The notes below the pieces were generated by a model that saw only the letters and a program-made list of their open reading frames with translations, was not told the DNA's origin and did not search any database. DNA of 32,000 bases from Geobacter metallireducens GS-15. GTDB lineage: Bacteria; Desulfobacterota; Desulfuromonadia; Geobacterales; Geobacteraceae. The stretch is from positions 1-32,000 of the forward strand of contig NC_007517.1 of the NCBI RefSeq assembly GCF_000012925.1, written 5' to 3'. The position numbers were made by a program, and so were the translations under genes. Shown here one piece after another: positions 31,850-32,000 of the stretch (position 1 is the stretch's first letter; every line of letters begins with the position of its first letter).

Positions 31850-32000
31850 TCAAGGGGCTTTTTCTCCACCGTCGTCGACCCCGAGGAATGCGTTCAGGCG
31901 CCTGATTTCCTCCATGAGCAGATCAAAGCCGTGGAAGGTCAGGGATTGGGGACCGTCGGAGAGGGCCTTGTCCGGCTCCGGATGGACTTCAATCAGGACG
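31850..32000 (-). CDS. 3' end of a 3-deoxy-7-phosphoheptulonate (DAHP) synthase-like gene (class I-beta/KDO8PS-related), truncated by the window edge
   Basis: Reverse-strand translation from 31999 gives VLIEVHPEPDKALSDGPQSLTFHGFDLLMEEIRRLNAFLGVDDGGEKAP*, with the stop at 31850-31852. IEVHP(D/E)P..ALSDGPQSL is the conserved C-terminal block of this family. Confidence 0.6.
   Translation of the reverse strand, partial: VLIEVHPEPDKALSDGPQSLTFHGFDLLMEEIRRLNAFLGVDDGGEKAP

Overview
This is an origin-proximal chromosomal window from a high-GC (about 60%) bacterium. The gene order and protein sequences look Geobacter/Desulfuromonadales-like, which is inference only. It opens with the replication cluster dnaA-dnaN-recF-gyrB-gyrA, with DnaA-box-like motifs both upstream of dnaA and in the dnaA-dnaN spacer. 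A HEAT-like hypothetical gene follows, then an octamer-built inverted-repeat element. Next is an intact, visibly lower-GC IS481-like insertion sequence with perfect 25-bp IRs and a 6-bp GTTAAC target duplication, sitting directly in front of gpsA. A tightly packed plus-strand block follows: two tandem pairs of a membrane histidine kinase and a REC-PAS-kinase hybrid, with no DNA-binding output, then an ABC-2 exporter. The last third is a heme-centred neighbourhood. It holds an AhbD/NirJ-like radical SAM-SPASM enzyme, hemE, slyX, a divergent CxxCH (DUF3365-like)-HAMP-HD-GYP protein, and hemH. hemH is translationally coupled to an uncharacterised trio: a 61-aa CxxC zinc-ribbon ORF, a MoxR/CbbQ-type AAA+ ATPase with no VWA partner, and a 654-aa protein with a TraB/TIKI-like N-terminus. 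This trio is the best candidate for a novel system. After it come a second CxxCH-HAMP-PAS sensor that ends without an output domain, a hairpin terminator, about 230 bp of non-coding DNA, and the 3' end of a minus-strand DAHP-synthase-like gene. Most long antisense or alternate-frame ORFs in the track are high-GC shadow ORFs. All homology statements come from motif recognition by eye; no searches were run.
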